Shown here: positions 60,746-64,000 of the stretch, one piece after another | Layout: the number at the start of each line of letters is the position of its first letter | How positions within the stretch are numbered: the stretch's first letter is position 1 | Assembly: GCA_032128115.1 (NCBI GenBank) | Contig: JAQBHB010000002.1 | Span: 10,646-74,645, forward strand | DNA: 64,000 nucleotides | Origin: Deltaproteobacteria bacterium | Lineage (GTDB): Bacteria > Myxococcota_A > UBA9160 > SMWR01 | Direction: 5' to 3' | The notes under the pieces: model-generated | Told to the model about the DNA's origin: nothing | Database searches by the model: none | The model's input: the letters and a program-made list of their open reading frames with translations, nothing else | Position numbers and translations under genes: made by a program

Positions 60746-60787
60746 CTTCGATCACGATCACTTGTTGGGCGGCGTGCTCGCAACGGA

Positions 60788-60814
60788 TGGTATGATACCC
60801 CGAGTCATAGGAGG
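60788..60814 (+). promoter_or_regulatory. extended -10 promoter and RBS of the inverted VOC cassette
   Basis: TGG-TATGAT (60788-60796); AGGAGG (60809-60814). Confidence 0.55.
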
Positions 60815-60822
60815 GCCTTCCA

Positions 60823-61257
60823 ATGCCCGCGAACCCCCCGGAGAACATGCCCCGCATCACCCCGTACCTGTATTACAAGGACGTGGCTGGGGCGCTCGCC
60901 TGGCTAGCACGAGCCTTCGCGCTGAAAGAGAGGATGCGAATGCCGGGACCCGACGGCGGGATCATCCATGCAGAGATGGAGTGCGCGGACGGCGTGATCA
61001 TGCTCGGGTGCCCGGCACCGGACTACCGCAATCCGAAAAAGCTCGGCCAGGTGACCCAGAGTCTATACGTGTACGTGGACGACGTGGACAAGCACTTTCG
61101 GCACGCCAAGGAGTCTGGCGCGAAGATCTTCGAGGAGCCCCAGGATCAGTTCTACGGAGATCGTCGATACGGAACCGAGGATCCGGAAGGGCACCACTGG
61201 TACTTTGCGCAGCATGTCAGAGACGTCGCCCCCGAGGACATGAAGCCTCCCGCGTAG
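60823..61257 (+). CDS. VOC/glyoxalase (PhnB/bleomycin-resistance-like) protein, inverted cassette
   Basis: ITPYL.Y.D...A, HAEM, VDDVD and DQFYGDRRY...DPEGHHW motifs. Confidence 0.92.
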   Translation: MPANPPENMPRITPYLYYKDVAGALAWLARAFALKERMRMPGPDGGIIHAEMECADGVIMLGCPAPDYRNPKKLGQVTQSLYVYVDDVDKHFRHAKESGAKIFEEPQDQFYGDRRYGTEDPEGHHWYFAQHVRDVAPEDMKPPA

Positions 61258-61276
61258 CTGGGACTCTCGTCGCGCC

Positions 61277-61413
61277 GCCCAACGGACTGGCCGCTCAGCT
61301 GCGAGCCACGGCGCCTCCGCGGCTCGACCGAAGCGACCAAGTGTCAGTGCCAGACTCTACCAGAGGTCGATTGGAACGCGCTGTGGCTTGTCAGCTGCAG
61401 CGGCTTGTTGGGC
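61277..61413 (-). repeat. attC site
   Basis: GCCCAAC...CCGCTCAGCTG...CAGCTGCAGCGG...GTTGGGC. Confidence 0.9.
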
Positions 61414-61918
61414 GGCGGGCCTCGCTGGCAAGGTGTTCGAGCTGACTCGAATGCCGTTCACGGAACCAAGGGGCGAGCAGCGGGTAGTATTCGCGCTGAG
61501 TATCAAGCGGGAGCGTGAAGAAGCTGTGTCCCGTCTCACCTCTGCAGCGCACTACGCCGCAACGACAAGGCCAGCTGTCGCCTCCCGAATTGTTGATGAG
61601 GTAGTCGATGGTGAGTTCCGAGCCGACCGAAACCTCGCCTCGCGCAACGACCTCGATGCGCGCATCGCCGAACCTGAGATAGGCGGTGGGATCGCAGCTG
61701 TGATTCAGGTAGCGCTCGGGCGAAGCGACGAGGTAGAAGCGACCGTCGATGAGGGGACAGTGTTCAGGATGCTCGTCGCAGTCTGGCCGTAGGGGTGACT
61801 CTTCTGTCACCTCGCGAAGTAGCCTGAACTCGCAGACCACCTGACCCGCGTGAAGCGGCTCCAACGCGAATACGCCGCGGTCCGCTACATCGGACGGCTT
61901 TACCGCGACGCCGGCCAT
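61391..61918 (-). CDS. SET-domain protein with post-SET Cys motif (cassette)
   Basis: RGVFA, YLNHSCDP, ELTIDY and CRCGVVRCRG motifs; RBS GAGGAG. Confidence 0.9.
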   Translation of the reverse strand: MAGVAVKPSDVADRGVFALEPLHAGQVVCEFRLLREVTEESPLRPDCDEHPEHCPLIDGRFYLVASPERYLNHSCDPTAYLRFGDARIEVVARGEVSVGSELTIDYLINNSGGDSWPCRCGVVRCRGETGHSFFTLPLDTQREYYPLLAPWFRERHSSQLEHLASEARRPTSRCS

Positions 61919-61937
61919 CTGGCACGCTCCTCTCGCC

Positions 61938-62071
61938 CCCCAACGGAATTGGCGCTCAGCTGCTTCGCACAGGCCGCCGACGGTCGCTGAGGCACCCAAG
62001 TTGAATGCCAAACGGTACCATGCATCGAGTGGAACGCGCTTTGCCACGTCAGCAGCAACGCCTTGTTGGGC
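61938..62071 (-). repeat. attC site
   Basis: CCCCAAC...GGCGCTCAGCTG...CAGCAGCAACGCCTTGTTGGGC. Confidence 0.85.
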
Positions 62072-62118
62072 GGCGCCCTACTCATGGGCTGTGAGGGGAA
62101 GCCGGGAGAAAAGCGTTC

Positions 62119-63117
62119 ATGCCTGCGTTCAGAGAAGATCTTGTCCAGCTCCTCTTCGAGCATCGATCCGGGCCTGCTTCGGCGCTGTTCCAAGTCTTCA
62201 ACTTCCTTGGTGACCTCGAGGGTTACGTTCTCATCGTCTCGCTCGTCTACGTTGCCTGGGACAAGAGGCTGGCCTTCCGGCTAGCGCTGGTGGCCATCGG
62301 AGCGATGGTGCTGAATCACGCCCTGAAGACGGTGATAGCCAATCCGCGCCCCTTCGTAGGCGAGGGGACCTGGGCCGAGAAGTGGGCTGTCTCCCCGGGG
62401 AAGGCAGAATCTCTGGTCTCCGAGTACTCGACGCCGTCCGGTCACGCGATGACGGGGTCCGCCTTCTACACCTATCTCATCGCTTCCCTGCAACAGCGCT
62501 GGGTGAGGCTCGCGGCGGTCGCGTGCATCGTCTTGACTGGACTCGCCCGACCCTACATCGGGGTCCACTACATGGAGGACATCTTGCTGGGATGGGCAGT
62601 AGGGATCCCGGCAGCCGTTCTCGCGTTCCGATACGGGGAGCCCCTTGGCATCTGGTGGAAAGGACGCTCTGGGCCCCAGCAGGTCCGCCTCCTGGTCTCT
62701 GCCAGCCTGGTCATCTGGGTCGGGACCCGGGTCGCCTACGCCACAAGCCCGCACGGGCCGCCGCTCGCGGTGCTGAGCTACCTCGGCCTCTTGACCGGGA
62801 TCGTGTTTGCGTACCCGATCGAAGCGAAGCACATCAGGTTCGACCCAAGGAGCTCAGGCCTGTCGATCCGGCTCGTCCGCTTCGTGATCGCCGTCTCATT
62901 GGTCGCGGGAATACTTGTGCTCCTCGACCAACTCTTTGCACTCGTCAGCAGCGACGACTCGGTCTTCGGAAACCTCCTGCGGTACATACGGTATGCGGCC
63001 GCGGGCGGTGTCGGCTTCCTTGGGGGTCCATACCTGTTCATGCACCTTGGGCTCGCGAGGGCACTGCCTCCGCTGGACGATGAGCCGGACTTCGGGTCCC
63101 CGACGAGGACGTCATGA
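62119..63117 (+). CDS. PAP2-family membrane phosphatase, inverted cassette
   Basis: K......RP, PSGHA and AR.YIGVHY..D motifs. Confidence 0.9.
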   Translation: MPAFREDLVQLLFEHRSGPASALFQVFNFLGDLEGYVLIVSLVYVAWDKRLAFRLALVAIGAMVLNHALKTVIANPRPFVGEGTWAEKWAVSPGKAESLVSEYSTPSGHAMTGSAFYTYLIASLQQRWVRLAAVACIVLTGLARPYIGVHYMEDILLGWAVGIPAAVLAFRYGEPLGIWWKGRSGPQQVRLLVSASLVIWVGTRVAYATSPHGPPLAVLSYLGLLTGIVFAYPIEAKHIRFDPRSSGLSIRLVRFVIAVSLVAGILVLLDQLFALVSSDDSVFGNLLRYIRYAAAGGVGFLGGPYLFMHLGLARALPPLDDEPDFGSPTRTS

Positions 63118-63129
63118 AGCTGACCGACC

Positions 63130-63316
63130 GCCCAACGGACATGCGGTTCAGCTGCGCCCAACAGCGCTGACCGACACCGCTGACCGGCAGCGCTGACCGG
63201 CAGCGCTGACCGGCAGCGCTGACCGGCAGCGCTGAGGCACGGTGCCCGCCGCCAGAACGGTACCATGGATCGATTGGAGCGAGCTGTTGGGTGTCAGCTG
63301 TAACGGCTTGTTGGGC
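63130..63316 (-). repeat. attC site expanded by a 13-bp tandem repeat
   Basis: GCCCAAC...GTTGGGC with about 5.7 x CAGCGCTGACCGG at 63162-63235. Confidence 0.88.
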
Positions 63317-63318
63317 GG

Positions 63319-63801
63319 CTACCGAGGCAGCTGAAAGCGTTGATTCGAGTAGGGGTTTACCGACGGCCGCGCGACAACGTTGAAGGAGAACTCCGCGGCC
63401 CGATGACAACCGTTGCACCCTTGGGTGAGCGAGTCATAGGCAGCCGTGAACTCCACAAGATCGCGACGTTCGATCGCCGACCGCAGCGCCTCGATCGGAC
63501 CGGCCGTGAATTCAGGCACGAGTTGCGACAGCGGGCCCGGTGATCCTTTGTGCGTGGGGTGAAACTGCACGACATCGCTGAAGCCTTCCTCTAGCTCGTC
63601 GGTCTCGTAAGAGGCAAGAGCCCAGTTCTCCGCCTGACCGGCAAACCACAGCTTGAGATGGCGCATCTGCGTCAGCGACATGATCTCCCCCAAACCCGGC
63701 GCGTACGAGTCGCCGCGGTTTTCCGATTGGCAACTCGGTAGGGGACTTGAGAGGAGGCACACGGCGACTGCGATCACCGACCGACGCAGGTGCGTGAACA
63801 T
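63319..63801 (-). CDS. secreted c-type cytochrome-like protein (cassette)
   Basis: Signal peptide; PGLGEIM...RH.KLWFAG; C-terminal CNGCH. Confidence 0.78.
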   Translation of the reverse strand: MFTHLRRSVIAVAVCLLSSPLPSCQSENRGDSYAPGLGEIMSLTQMRHLKLWFAGQAENWALASYETDELEEGFSDVVQFHPTHKGSPGPLSQLVPEFTAGPIEALRSAIERRDLVEFTAAYDSLTQGCNGCHRAAEFSFNVVARPSVNPYSNQRFQLPR

Positions 63802-63837
63802 CGCTACTGATCCCTCCTGTGTGCTCGCACCGTAGCC

Positions 63838-63965
63838 GCCCAACGGATCGGCGTTCAGCGGCCAGCAACAGCGCTGACCGGACCCGACCCGCCTACCTGA
63901 GTATGACGCCAGGCGGCAACCAAGGTCAATTGAACCGAGCTGTTGCGGGTCCGTCTGCAACGCCT
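63838..63965 (-). repeat. attC site interrupted by a second IS110 copy
   Basis: About 120/128 nt identical to 60246-60373; ends ...CTGCAACGC-CT. Confidence 0.88.
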
Positions 63966-64000
63966 CTTATGGTGCCCGTCAGGGTTGAATGAAGCGGCCA
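63966..64000 (+). mobile_element. left end of a second IS110-family copy (runs off the window)
   Basis: CTTATGGTGCCCGTCAGGGTTGAATGAAGCGGCCA matches 60374-60408 at 32/35 nt. Confidence 0.85.

Larger units (their letters stand above)
60374..60760 (+). mobile_element. 387-bp internally deleted IS110-family element flanked by CT cores
   Basis: Transposase fragments IVVESTGGYE...VVNPRRVR and LLTILDAIAREK; right end carries TTGACT; left end carries TATGTT; CT at 60372-73 and 60761-62. Confidence 0.88.
60246..60770 (-). repeat. attC site split by an IS110 remnant (arms 60246-60373 and 60761-60770)
   Basis: Removing 60374-60762 restores ...GTCTGCGACGCCTTGTTGGGC, matching sibling attC ends. Confidence 0.88.
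55159..64000 (-). mobile_element. integron gene-cassette array (10 attC sites, 9 cassettes; no intI in window)
   Basis: Single unrelated ORFs separated by 126-187 bp imperfect palindromes RYYYAAC...GTTRRRY; less GC-biased sequence than the flanking chromosome. Confidence 0.92.

Noticed and set aside
60558..61445. 295-aa ORF as an intact transposase
   Set aside because: Only the first ~41 aa are IS110-like; the rest is out-of-frame read-through over the IS end, the VOC gene and an attC
61919..62047. Long N-terminal extensions of cassette ORFs (also 58355-58447 and 63802-63960)
   Set aside because: They run through attC sequence; internal ATGs, most with an RBS, fit better
55159..64000. Recurring repeats as a CRISPR array or REP elements
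   Set aside because: The repeats are >120 bp imperfect palindromes with attC core boxes, separated by whole genes; no cas genes are present

Overview
GC-rich bacterial chromosome segment (visually about 70% GC; gene content tentatively Myxococcota/deltaproteobacteria-like). Positions 1-55 kb hold metabolic and housekeeping genes. These include a 10-gene, TetR-linked type II fatty-acid operon with an unusual 1867-aa single-chain acyl-CoA carboxylase, pckG, ino1, nagZ, aat, tesB, cysE, nth, a DEAD/DEAH helicase and an RHS/YD-repeat lipoprotein. From about 55.2 kb to the window end lies an integron gene-cassette array read on the minus strand: 10 attC sites (some degenerate or interrupted) and 9 cassettes. 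No intI is present in the window. The main finding is that two attC sites are interrupted at the same CT dinucleotide by an IS110-family element. The copy at 60374-60760 has both ends but is internally deleted. It retains a junction promoter (TTGACT-17nt-TATGTT, formed only on circularisation) and an upstream non-coding region with bridge-RNA architecture, whose guide segments (GCGCCT and CAACAAG) match the attC target. This is an apparent RNA-guided, attC-targeting IS110/IS621-type element. All calls come from reading motifs by eye; no database searches were run.
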